Shown: positions 25,165 to 32,000 of the stretch, in pieces
How positions within the stretch are numbered: position 1 is the stretch's first letter
Layout of the letters: every line of letters starts with the position of its first letter
NCBI RefSeq assembly: GCF_000009045.1
Contig: NC_000964.3
Span: 1,050,001-1,082,000, forward strand
Length of the DNA stretch: 32,000 nt
Direction: 5' to 3'
Source of the DNA: Bacillus subtilis subsp. subtilis str. 168
Lineage (GTDB): Bacteria > Bacillota > Bacilli > Bacillales > Bacillaceae
Program-made: the position numbers and the translations under genes
The notes under the pieces: model-generated
Seen by the model: the letters and a program-made list of their open reading frames with translations, nothing else
Told to the model about the DNA's origin: nothing
Databases searched by the model: none

Positions 25165-25215
25165 AACTATGCTCTCCTCTGCTAAGCTTTTTGCCCTCCA
25201 ATAATATGCTCATCA
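25162..25215 (-). promoter_or_regulatory. TRAP (MtrB) binding site: (G/U)AG triplet array over the trpP SD and start
   Basis: The minus strand reads GAGcatattattgGAGggcaaaaagctTAGcaGAGgaGAGcaTAGttATG. Four consecutive triplets are separated by exactly 2 nt, with further GAGs upstream. Confidence 0.8.
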
Positions 25216-25288
25216 TTTATTGCGAAGGCTTTACAGAATGTGTTATGCAAACAGTATACCAAACGGACGGTTTGCATAGCCAGACTTT

Positions 25289-26368
25289 TTACTCATTTTC
25301 CTGCTGGAATTTCTTCATGAACGCAGCTAATTTTTCACAGTCTTCGAGAGAGACCGCGTTATAAATAGAAGCGCGGCAGCCTCCCACCGAACGGTGTCCG
25401 CCAAGGCCGATCATCTTCGCATCTTTTGCTTTCTGAACGAATGTTTTCGTTAATTCGTCATCCCGAAGCGTGAATGTGACATTCATGCGTGAGCGGCTGT
25501 CTTTTCTGGCATGTCCTTTATAGAAGCCGTTGCTTTCATCAATACAGCTGTAGAGAACCTGCGCTTTTTGTTCATTGCGCTGTTCAACAGCTTCCACACC
25601 GCCGTTTTCCTTGAGCCATTCCAGAACGAGGCTCAGCATATAAATCGCAAATGTCGGCGGAGTGTTGTAGAGTGAATCCGCTTTGACATGCGTGGAATAT
25701 TTCAAGATTTTTGGGACGTTCGCATTTTCATTTTGCAGCCAGCTTTTTTTCATGATGACTACAGTCACGCCGGAAGGGCCGAGGTTCTTTTGGGCGCCTC
25801 CGTAGATCACATCAAATTTGGACACATCGATTTTTCTGCTTAAAATATCGCTGGACATGTCGGCTACGAGCGGAATTGGAGAATTCGGAAACTCCTGCCA
25901 CTGAGTGCCGAAAATTGTATTGTTGGATGTGATATGTAAATATGCGCCGTCTTTTACATCCGTAAGGTCAACCTCTGGAATATAACTGTAATTGTCTGTT
26001 TCACTTGTAGCGGTGATAGACGTGTTCCCGAACAGTTTCGTTTCTGCCAGTGCTTTTTCAGACCAAGCGCCGGTCATCACAAAATGTGCGGTTTTTTCAG
26101 GTGTTAAAAAGTTCATCGGAAGCATTGAGAATTGAAGGCTTGCCCCGCCTTGAAGAAACAAGATATCGTAATCTTCCGGAATGCCCATCAGTTCGATTAA
26201 GAGGCTTTTCGCTTTTTGGTGCACCGCTTCATACTCTTTGCTGCGGTGGGAAAGCTCCATAACAGACATGCCGGATTCGTTAAAATCAATAAATTCTTTC
26301 TGTGCTTTTTGCAGAACTTCCAGTGGCAGCGCTGCAGGACCTGCGTTAAAATTCGTTGTACGTTCCAT
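25289..26368 (-). CDS. serC: Phosphoserine aminotransferase SerC, 359 aa
   Basis: Class-V aminotransferase with the PLP-lysine region YGGAQKNLGPSG. It is full length with SD GGGAGAG. Confidence 0.95.
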   Translation of the reverse strand: MERTTNFNAGPAALPLEVLQKAQKEFIDFNESGMSVMELSHRSKEYEAVHQKAKSLLIELMGIPEDYDILFLQGGASLQFSMLPMNFLTPEKTAHFVMTGAWSEKALAETKLFGNTSITATSETDNYSYIPEVDLTDVKDGAYLHITSNNTIFGTQWQEFPNSPIPLVADMSSDILSRKIDVSKFDVIYGGAQKNLGPSGVTVVIMKKSWLQNENANVPKILKYSTHVKADSLYNTPPTFAIYMLSLVLEWLKENGGVEAVEQRNEQKAQVLYSCIDESNGFYKGHARKDSRSRMNVTFTLRDDELTKTFVQKAKDAKMIGLGGHRSVGGCRASIYNAVSLEDCEKLAAFMKKFQQENE

Positions 26369-26494
26369 TATGATCTCTCCCTGTTTTCCACGTTAATGTA
26401 TAAAATAATACAATTATCCTATCACAAAAATTCAGTTTTTTGATAAAAAATTAGAATTATCAAAAGAAATTGACGGATGTTTGCGAAATGTTCA

Positions 26495-26525
26495 CAAAAT
26501 AAAATAACCTCATCTTATGATGAGG
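26495..26525 (-). terminator. Rho-independent terminator after hit
   Basis: Stem CCTCATC/GATGAGG with loop TTAT overlaps the hit stop codon. On the minus strand it is followed by TTATTTTATTTTG. Confidence 0.7.
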
Positions 26526-26952
26526 CCAGGCGTTTTGCGATAGAGGAAGAGATGTTCTGCAGATCCTCCGGTTTATAATCATCAGCATGCGTTTTCCAAA
26601 CCGCTCCGAATCCATCTCCTTTTCCGTAGCGAGGGATAATATGCATATGGTAGTGGAACACAGATTGTCCAGCTTTTTCGCCGTTATTGTTCAGCGTATT
26701 TAAGCCGATCGGTTCAAATTCATCCCGGATAGCGCGGGCGATTTTTGGAACAGCATGGAAATATTGTTTTGCTAATTCATCTGTAAATTCATATACATTC
26801 TCAATATGTGTTTTCGGAATGACAAGCGTATGGCCTTTTGTCACTTGGCTGATATCAAGAAAGGCAAGTACATGTTCATCTTCATACACCTTCGCTGATG
26901 GAATGTCGCCGGCAATAATTTTACAAAAGATACAATTCTCTGCACAATGCAT
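26515..26952 (-). CDS. hit: Histidine-triad (HIT/HinT) nucleotide-binding protein, 145 aa
   Basis: HIT motif HYHMHIIP. SD is AAGGAGGAA. Confidence 0.95.
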   Translation of the reverse strand: MHCAENCIFCKIIAGDIPSAKVYEDEHVLAFLDISQVTKGHTLVIPKTHIENVYEFTDELAKQYFHAVPKIARAIRDEFEPIGLNTLNNNGEKAGQSVFHYHMHIIPRYGKGDGFGAVWKTHADDYKPEDLQNISSSIAKRLASS

Positions 26953-27101
26953 GAGGGTTCCTCCTTATGAAATTGTTTAGTATGTATACATTCATCGTAC
27001 CACAGAAATGCAGAAAATAGAAAACAGGATGAACGGCGAGCGTTCACCCTGAATGCAGAGGAAGAGCTTATATGAAGAAAATGTGTTATGCCTTTGGTAA
27101 G

Positions 27102-27293
27102 CACCTCATTTGTCAATAAAATGAAGACTTGTTTAATGCCTAACGATTCCTGCGATAAACACCTCATTTGACAATTTGCTTCATACATGAAGAATTCATC
27201 AATTCAGTGAAGAGAAATGGTTTGAGCATTGGACATGTTTATTTTCTATCCAACTGTTTCTAAGACGTCTTTGACAAACACCTCATTTTTCAG
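27102..27293 (+). repeat. Three dispersed direct copies of a roughly 16-21-nt element, core CACCTCATTT
   Basis: CACCTCATTTGTCAAT at 27102-27117, CACCTCATTTGACAAT at 27160-27175 and CACCTCATTTTTCAGT at 27279-27294. The flanking AA(G/A) is also conserved. Start-to-start spacing is 58 and 119 bp. Confidence 0.8.
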
Positions 27294-27439
27294 TTGATAT
27301 GCTTTTCCTCTACAACTTTTATGATGTCCAGAACCCTGTCTCTTTATGACAGCAAATTCATCATTTGTTAAAAGGGAATTGTTTCAAATCAGGCCTTGTT
27401 TTTGGTACTATGAAGAAAAACACTATAAGGGGAGAAACT

Positions 27440-28183
27440 ATGTCTCTGCTATCGGTAAAAGACTTGACCGGCGGATATACAAGGAATCCGGTTTTAAAAA
27501 ACGTATCATTCACCCTTGAACCGAATCAAATTGTCGGCTTAATCGGGCTGAATGGTGCTGGTAAAAGTACAACAATCAGACACATCATCGGGCTGATGGA
27601 CCCGCATAAAGGTTCAATCGAATTAAACGGTAAAACGTTTGCTGAGGATCCGGAAGGCTACCGTTCACAATTTACCTATATACCTGAAACACCTGTTTTA
27701 TACGAAGAATTGACGCTGATGGAGCATCTTGAACTAACAGCCATGGCATATGGACTGTCAAAAGAAACGATGGAGAAAAGGCTGCCTCCGCTACTAAAGG
27801 AATTCCGAATGGAAAAGAGGCTGAAGTGGTTCCCGGCCCATTTTTCTAAAGGAATGAAGCAGAAGGTTATGATTATGTGCGCATTTTTGGCAGAGCCTGC
27901 GCTCTACATTATTGATGAGCCTTTTCTAGGGCTTGATCCGCTTGCCATTAACGCGCTGCTTGAACGGATGAATGAAGCGAAAAAAGGCGGGGCGAGCGTG
28001 CTGATGTCAACACACATTTTGGCAACGGCAGAACGCTATTGCGATTCGTTTATTATTTTACATAACGGCGAGGTGCGGGCGCGCGGCACGCTGTCAGAGC
28101 TCAGAGAGCAGTTTGGAATGAAGGACGCGGCGCTGGACGATTTGTATCTTGAGCTTACAAAGGAAGACGCTGGCCATGAATAA
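27440..28183 (+). CDS. ecsA: ABC transporter ATP-binding protein EcsA, 247 aa
   Basis: ORF-track frame trimmed to the ATG at 27440 after AAGGGGAG. Walker A GLNGAGKST, signature FSKGMKQK, Walker B LYIIDEPFLGLD. Confidence 0.95.
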   Translation: MSLLSVKDLTGGYTRNPVLKNVSFTLEPNQIVGLIGLNGAGKSTTIRHIIGLMDPHKGSIELNGKTFAEDPEGYRSQFTYIPETPVLYEELTLMEHLELTAMAYGLSKETMEKRLPPLLKEFRMEKRLKWFPAHFSKGMKQKVMIMCAFLAEPALYIIDEPFLGLDPLAINALLERMNEAKKGGASVLMSTHILATAERYCDSFIILHNGEVRARGTLSELREQFGMKDAALDDLYLELTKEDAGHE

Positions 28184-29402
28184 TATGCTTGATATTTGGC
28201 AGTCGCGGCTGCAGGAGCATATCAAAGAAACAAGAACATACATGAAATATATGCTCAACGATCACCTCGTCATTGTTTTGATTTTTTTTCTAGCGGGCGC
28301 TGCAAGCTGGTACAGCAAATGGATACGGGACATTCCCGCTCACTTTCCGTCCTTTTGGGTGATGGCCGTGCTGTTTTCGCTCGTATTGACAAGCTCTTAT
28401 GTGCGAACGCTTTTGAAGGAGGCTGACCTTGTTTTCTTATTGCCTCTTGAAGCAAAAATGGAGCCTTACTTGAAGCAGGCGTTTGTCTACAGCTATGTGT
28501 CTCAGCTGTTTCCGCTGATTGCGCTGAGCATCGTTGCGATGCCGCTTTATTTCGCAGTCACTCCGGGAGCTTCGCTCGTATCGTATGCCGCGGTCTTTGT
28601 CCAACTGTTGCTGCTGAAAGCGTGGAATCAGGTAATGGAATGGCGAACGACTTTCCAAAACGACCGCAGCATGAAACGGATGGACGTCATCATTCGCTTT
28701 GCGGCGAATACACTCGTTCTTTATTTTGTTTTCCAATCTGTTTATATGTATGCGCTTCTCGTCTATGTCATTATGGCTGTTCTTTATCTGTATATGTCTT
28801 CCGCAGCAAAACGGAAAACATTTAAATGGGAGAGCCATATTGAGTCCGAATTGAGACGAAAGCAGCGTTTCTATCGGATTGCCAACCTGTTTACTGATGT
28901 GCCGCATTTGCGAAAGCAAGCCAAACGCAGAGCTTATCTCGACTTTTTGCTGCGGCTTGTGCCGTTTGAACAGCGCAAAACATTTGCCTATATGTTCACC
29001 CGCGCCTTTTTGCGTTCGAGCGATTATTTGGGCATTCTTGTCAGATTAACGATCGTTTTCGCGCTGATCATTATGTATGTCTCAGCCAGCCCGCTGATTG
29101 CCGCGGTTTTGACTGTGTTTGCCATTTTCATTACGGGCATTCAGCTTCTGCCGCTCTTCGGTCACTTTGACCATCTGGCGCTTCAAGAGCTGTACCCTGT
29201 GCAAAAAGAAACAAAGCTGAAAAGCTATTTCTCTCTATTAAAAACTGCACTTAGTATTCAAGCGCTGCTGATGTCTGTTGCATCTGCCTATGCAGCCGGC
29301 TTGACCGGTTTTCTGTACGCGCTGATCGGTTCTGCCGTTCTGATTTTTGTTGTTTTGCCTGCTTATATGACGACCAGGCTGAAAAAGCACGGAAAGCTGT
29401 GA
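28176..29402 (+). CDS. ecsB: ABC transporter membrane protein EcsB, 408 aa
   Basis: The ATG at 28176 overlaps the ecsA 3' end by 8 nt, with SD AAGGAAG. The product is a polytopic membrane protein. Confidence 0.92.
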   Translation: MNNMLDIWQSRLQEHIKETRTYMKYMLNDHLVIVLIFFLAGAASWYSKWIRDIPAHFPSFWVMAVLFSLVLTSSYVRTLLKEADLVFLLPLEAKMEPYLKQAFVYSYVSQLFPLIALSIVAMPLYFAVTPGASLVSYAAVFVQLLLLKAWNQVMEWRTTFQNDRSMKRMDVIIRFAANTLVLYFVFQSVYMYALLVYVIMAVLYLYMSSAAKRKTFKWESHIESELRRKQRFYRIANLFTDVPHLRKQAKRRAYLDFLLRLVPFEQRKTFAYMFTRAFLRSSDYLGILVRLTIVFALIIMYVSASPLIAAVLTVFAIFITGIQLLPLFGHFDHLALQELYPVQKETKLKSYFSLLKTALSIQALLMSVASAYAAGLTGFLYALIGSAVLIFVVLPAYMTTRLKKHGKL

Positions 29403-29421
29403 ACTGAAAAGAGGTAATCAA

Positions 29422-30132
29422 ATGACAGATAATCAGCTGCTGATGCAGGAAGCTTTGGAATGGAAAATGCATTTTTTGCGAAAGGATTCCATGTTTGAAC
29501 GCTTTTCGAAGCGTGTCCAGACGAAGGTGAATGAACGGATTCCTGAAAAAATCCATACGGTCGTCACCGAGAGTGTGAAAAAAATGGTAGAAGCGACAAT
29601 GGCCGGCTCTAATATCATCACCTATAAAAAGGATACAAGTGCACTGTCGCTCAGTGAAAAAAACGAATTGGCGAAAAAAACGATTGTTTCTTATCAAAAA
29701 GTGGCAGCTGCTGAGGGAGTCGGCACCGGAGCGGGCGGCATTTTTTTAAGCATTGCTGATTTTCCGCTGCTGCTTTCAATTAAGATGAAGTGTTTATTTA
29801 CCTTGTCTTCCATTTACGGCTTTGATGTCAAGGATGCACAAGAAAGGATATTTTTGCTGCTCGTGTTTCAGCTTGCGTTTTCGAGTGATGATGGCCGTAA
29901 GTCGCTTTTTTCTGTCATCGAAAATTGGGAGACGGAGAAAAAGAGCATCGACTGGAGAGTGTTCCAGCAGGAATATCGCGATTATATCGACGTCGTGAAG
30001 CTTTTTCAGCTTTTGCCGGGCGTAGGAGCGGCAGTCGGCGGAATTGCCAATTATAAGCTGCTTGCTCAGCTTGGAGAAACGGCAAGACATGTTTTTCATC
30101 TGAGGATATTAAAGGAAACAGCCGGAGAATAA
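29422..30132 (+). CDS. ecsC: EcsC family protein, 236 aa
   Basis: ATG after AAGAGGT. The size and position match the third gene of the ecs operon. Confidence 0.92.
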   Translation: MTDNQLLMQEALEWKMHFLRKDSMFERFSKRVQTKVNERIPEKIHTVVTESVKKMVEATMAGSNIITYKKDTSALSLSEKNELAKKTIVSYQKVAAAEGVGTGAGGIFLSIADFPLLLSIKMKCLFTLSSIYGFDVKDAQERIFLLLVFQLAFSSDDGRKSLFSVIENWETEKKSIDWRVFQQEYRDYIDVVKLFQLLPGVGAAVGGIANYKLLAQLGETARHVFHLRILKETAGE

Positions 30133-30151
30133 ACACTCCGGCTGTTTTTTT
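30116..30151 (+). terminator. Rho-independent terminator after ecsC
   Basis: 12-bp stem AAACAGCCGGAG/CTCCGGCTGTTT followed by T7. It overlaps both the ecsC 3' end and the yhaA stop. Confidence 0.85.
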
Positions 30152-31340
30152 ATAGCTGATGATAGGTGATCGCAGCGCCGGCAAGGACCTTGGCCGCTGT
30201 CAGCATGGCTTTTTCGTTGATATCAAATTTCGGATGGTGGTGGGAATAGACTCGCTCTGGCTGTTCGGGAGCGGCGCCTGTAAAGAAAAAAGTGCCCTTC
30301 ACGTTTTGTAAGTAATAAGCAAAATCCTCGCCGCCCATTTGTGGTTCACCGTCAATGACCTGCTGAACGCCCTCGGTATTCTTTGCGGTGCTCACCAAGT
30401 GGTTCGTTTCTGCAGGATGGTTCACAACCGCTGGATAACCCTGTTCATAGGTGTACTCATAGGACGCGCCGTGCATGCTGCATATTCCTTTTACAACCGC
30501 TTCAATTTCTTTCTCCAGAATGTCCCGGACATTTTCATCAAAAGAACGCGCTGTGCCGATGAGTACTGCTTGGTCTGCGATGACATTAAACGGATTGTCG
30601 GCGATGAAGGAGCCTGTCGAAATGACGGCGGATTGAATCGGATTGACTTTGCGGCTGACAATGTGCTGCAAAGAGGAAACGATTTGCGAACCGATTAGGA
30701 CGGCGTCTTTAGTATCATGCGGATGAGCGCCGTGGCCGCCCTTTCCGAAGACTTTAATCGTAAATCGGTCTGCCGCCGCCATTACGGCGCCGGGGCGGCA
30801 GAGAATAGTTCCGAGCGGCTCAGTTGCCCAAAGATGAGTGCCGAATATCACATCCGTGTTTTCGAGACATCCGTCATCAATCATTGGCTTTGCGCCTCCA
30901 GGATAATATTCTTCTGCATGCTGGTGGATCATCACAAATGTTCCCTTCAGTTCATGTCTGTTTTGGTGAAGGACCTTGGCCACTGCGAGAAGAGCTGCGG
31001 TGTGGCCGTCGTGGCCGCATGCATGCATGACACCAGGCACTTTGGAGGCGTAAGGGACATCTTTTTCATCTTGAATGGGGAGAGCGTCAAAGTCGGCCCT
31101 CAAAGCGACTGTAGGGCCGGGTTCGCTTCCTTCTATATTTGCTAAAACCCCTCTACCGCCAACGTTTGTGCGGATTGGGACTCCTAACGATTCATAATAG
31201 GAAGCAATAAATGCGGCGGTTTTTTCTTCTTGAAATGAGAGCTCAGGATACATATGAAAATGGCGCCTGATCTCAACCATTTCTTCAAAACAGCCGTCGA
31301 GCTGTTTGTTTATCTCTTTCTGCAGTGTGGATATGGACAA
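30150..31340 (-). CDS. yhaA: M20-family amidohydrolase / aminoacylase YhaA, 396 aa
   Basis: TTG start with AAAGGGGGAAG 6 nt upstream. Metal-binding motif HACGHDGH and overall M20D-like organisation. Confidence 0.92.
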   Translation of the reverse strand: MSISTLQKEINKQLDGCFEEMVEIRRHFHMYPELSFQEEKTAAFIASYYESLGVPIRTNVGGRGVLANIEGSEPGPTVALRADFDALPIQDEKDVPYASKVPGVMHACGHDGHTAALLAVAKVLHQNRHELKGTFVMIHQHAEEYYPGGAKPMIDDGCLENTDVIFGTHLWATEPLGTILCRPGAVMAAADRFTIKVFGKGGHGAHPHDTKDAVLIGSQIVSSLQHIVSRKVNPIQSAVISTGSFIADNPFNVIADQAVLIGTARSFDENVRDILEKEIEAVVKGICSMHGASYEYTYEQGYPAVVNHPAETNHLVSTAKNTEGVQQVIDGEPQMGGEDFAYYLQNVKGTFFFTGAAPEQPERVYSHHHPKFDINEKAMLTAAKVLAGAAITYHQL

Positions 31341-31412
31341 AGCCGCTTCCCCCTTTTCTATGCTTTTCCATGATTGTATAGAAAAAGTCTGAATATTTCA
31401 ACTCATGCTGTT

Positions 31413-32000
31413 TTAAAGCATCATCACAGCTGCGAGGGTTGTCACCAAAAGGCCAATCGCGACGGGAATGAAGTTTTTTCTGGCAAGCTCAAAAGGATCA
31501 ACTTTGCAAATGGCCGCGGCGGGAATCAAAGCCCATGGGACCAGTGTTCCTCCGCCCACCCAGATGGCAGAGATTTGTCCGAGCGCGGTCAGAATAGCGG
31601 GATCGGCATGGAGAGCGGACGAAAAGAGCTTTGCGATGGAGCCGGCGAGAGAAATGCCAGAAAATCCTGAGCCGTCAAGGCCTGTTATGGCTCCAGCGGC
31701 AGTTAATGCAGTGGCGGCAAGCTCCTTTGACATAGGCATCATATGGGATAAAGCAATGCCAAGATCGTTGACAATGCCGTGGGAACCTTTAGGGAGTGAA
31801 GTGCCCAGTATGCTTTCATAGCCTGAGTCGCCAAGATAAAAGAAAGCGGCAATCGGGATGACGGGGCCGAAAACCTTAAAACCGAACTTAAATCCGTCAA
31901 TAAAATAGCCGGTGATTTTTTCAAGCCCTTTATGCTTATACACGAAAAAATGAACGGTAAAGAGGATACAAATTGCAGACCCGCCAATTAACGCGGTTGC
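31413..32000 (-). CDS. yhfA: Polytopic membrane transporter-like protein, C-terminal part only; the gene continues past the window edge
   Basis: The frame stays open from the stop at 31413 to the window end. The ORF-track GTG at 31943 is internal. The product is hydrophobic throughout. The position after yhaA matches yhfA. Confidence 0.75.
   Translation of the reverse strand, partial: ATALIGGSAICILFTVHFFVYKHKGLEKITGYFIDGFKFGFKVFGPVIPIAAFFYLGDSGYESILGTSLPKGSHGIVNDLGIALSHMMPMSKELAATALTAAGAITGLDGSGFSGISLAGSIAKLFSSALHADPAILTALGQISAIWVGGGTLVPWALIPAAAICKVDPFELARKNFIPVAIGLLVTTLAAVMML

Noticed and set aside
26841-27188. 115-aa minus-strand ORF spanning the hit start and the repeat region.
   Set aside because: It overlaps the hit N-terminus out of frame and has no SD. 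It would run through the hit promoter region.
27279-27300. Possible CodY box (AATTTTCWGAAAATT) over ATTTTTCAGTTGATA in repeat copy 3, and Spo0A-box-like TTTGTCAAT / TTTGACAAT in copies 1 and 2.
   Set aside because: The CodY alignment has about 5 mismatches. The 0A-box core TGTCGAA is not matched because the CG is missing. Neither explains the conserved CACCTCATTT part.
28437-28919. 160-aa minus-strand ORF inside ecsB, and similar antisense ORFs in ecsC and yhaA (29251-29697, 30339-31145).
   Set aside because: These are shadow ORFs antisense to well-supported genes, with no SDs and arginine/cysteine-rich products.
1-32000. Search for CRISPR repeats, IS elements, integrases, tRNA/rRNA genes, toxin-antitoxin pairs or an AT-rich island.
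   Set aside because: I saw no regularly spaced repeats with spacers, no transposase or recombinase-like ORFs and no tRNA-like sequences in the intergenic gaps. The slightly AT-rich stretch at 21250-22750 contains only small membrane-protein genes found at this position in the core B. subtilis gene order.

Overview
This window reads as ordinary Bacillus subtilis 168-type core chromosome. From memory, gene order and protein lengths match the sspB-prsA-scoC-ecsABC neighbourhood. In order it carries sspB, yheE, yheD, yheC (minus strand), yheB, yheA, yhaZ, yhaX, hemZ, khtS-khtT-khtU, yhaR, a small acidic ORF, the yhaQ-yhaP ABC transporter, and the yhaO-yhaN-yhaM (sbcF-sbcE-yhaM) operon with a LexA box. 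It continues with yhaL, prsA, two sub-threshold tiny membrane peptides, yhaJ, yhaI, scoC (hpr), yhaH, a 63-aa membrane ORF, trpP with its TRAP site, serC, hit, ecsA-ecsB-ecsC, yhaA and the 3' part of yhfA. I found no rRNA, tRNA, CRISPR array, transposase, integrase, phage module or compositional island, and no convincing new multi-gene system. The signals not explained by the ORF track are small-scale. (1) An orphan promoter-to-terminator unit of about 230 nt sits in the 485-bp yhaZ-yhaX gap. (2) A degenerate three-copy repeat with about 58/119-bp spacing and nested Cys-containing mini-ORFs lies in the 487-bp hit-ecsA gap. (3) Two tandem 28-aa YjcZ-like tiny TM peptides each have their own SD and terminator. 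(4) A minus-strand 61-codon two-TM ORF bounded by an SD and a terminator has ATC where the start codon should be. (5) A hydrophobic hairpin sits in the middle of the Rad50/SMC-like YhaN. (6) The overlapping ATP-grasp pair yheC/yheD lies next to the small protein YheE. (7) The HAD catalytic motifs of YhaX are degenerate. All homology statements come from my recognition of motifs and of the B. subtilis gene order; no database search was run.
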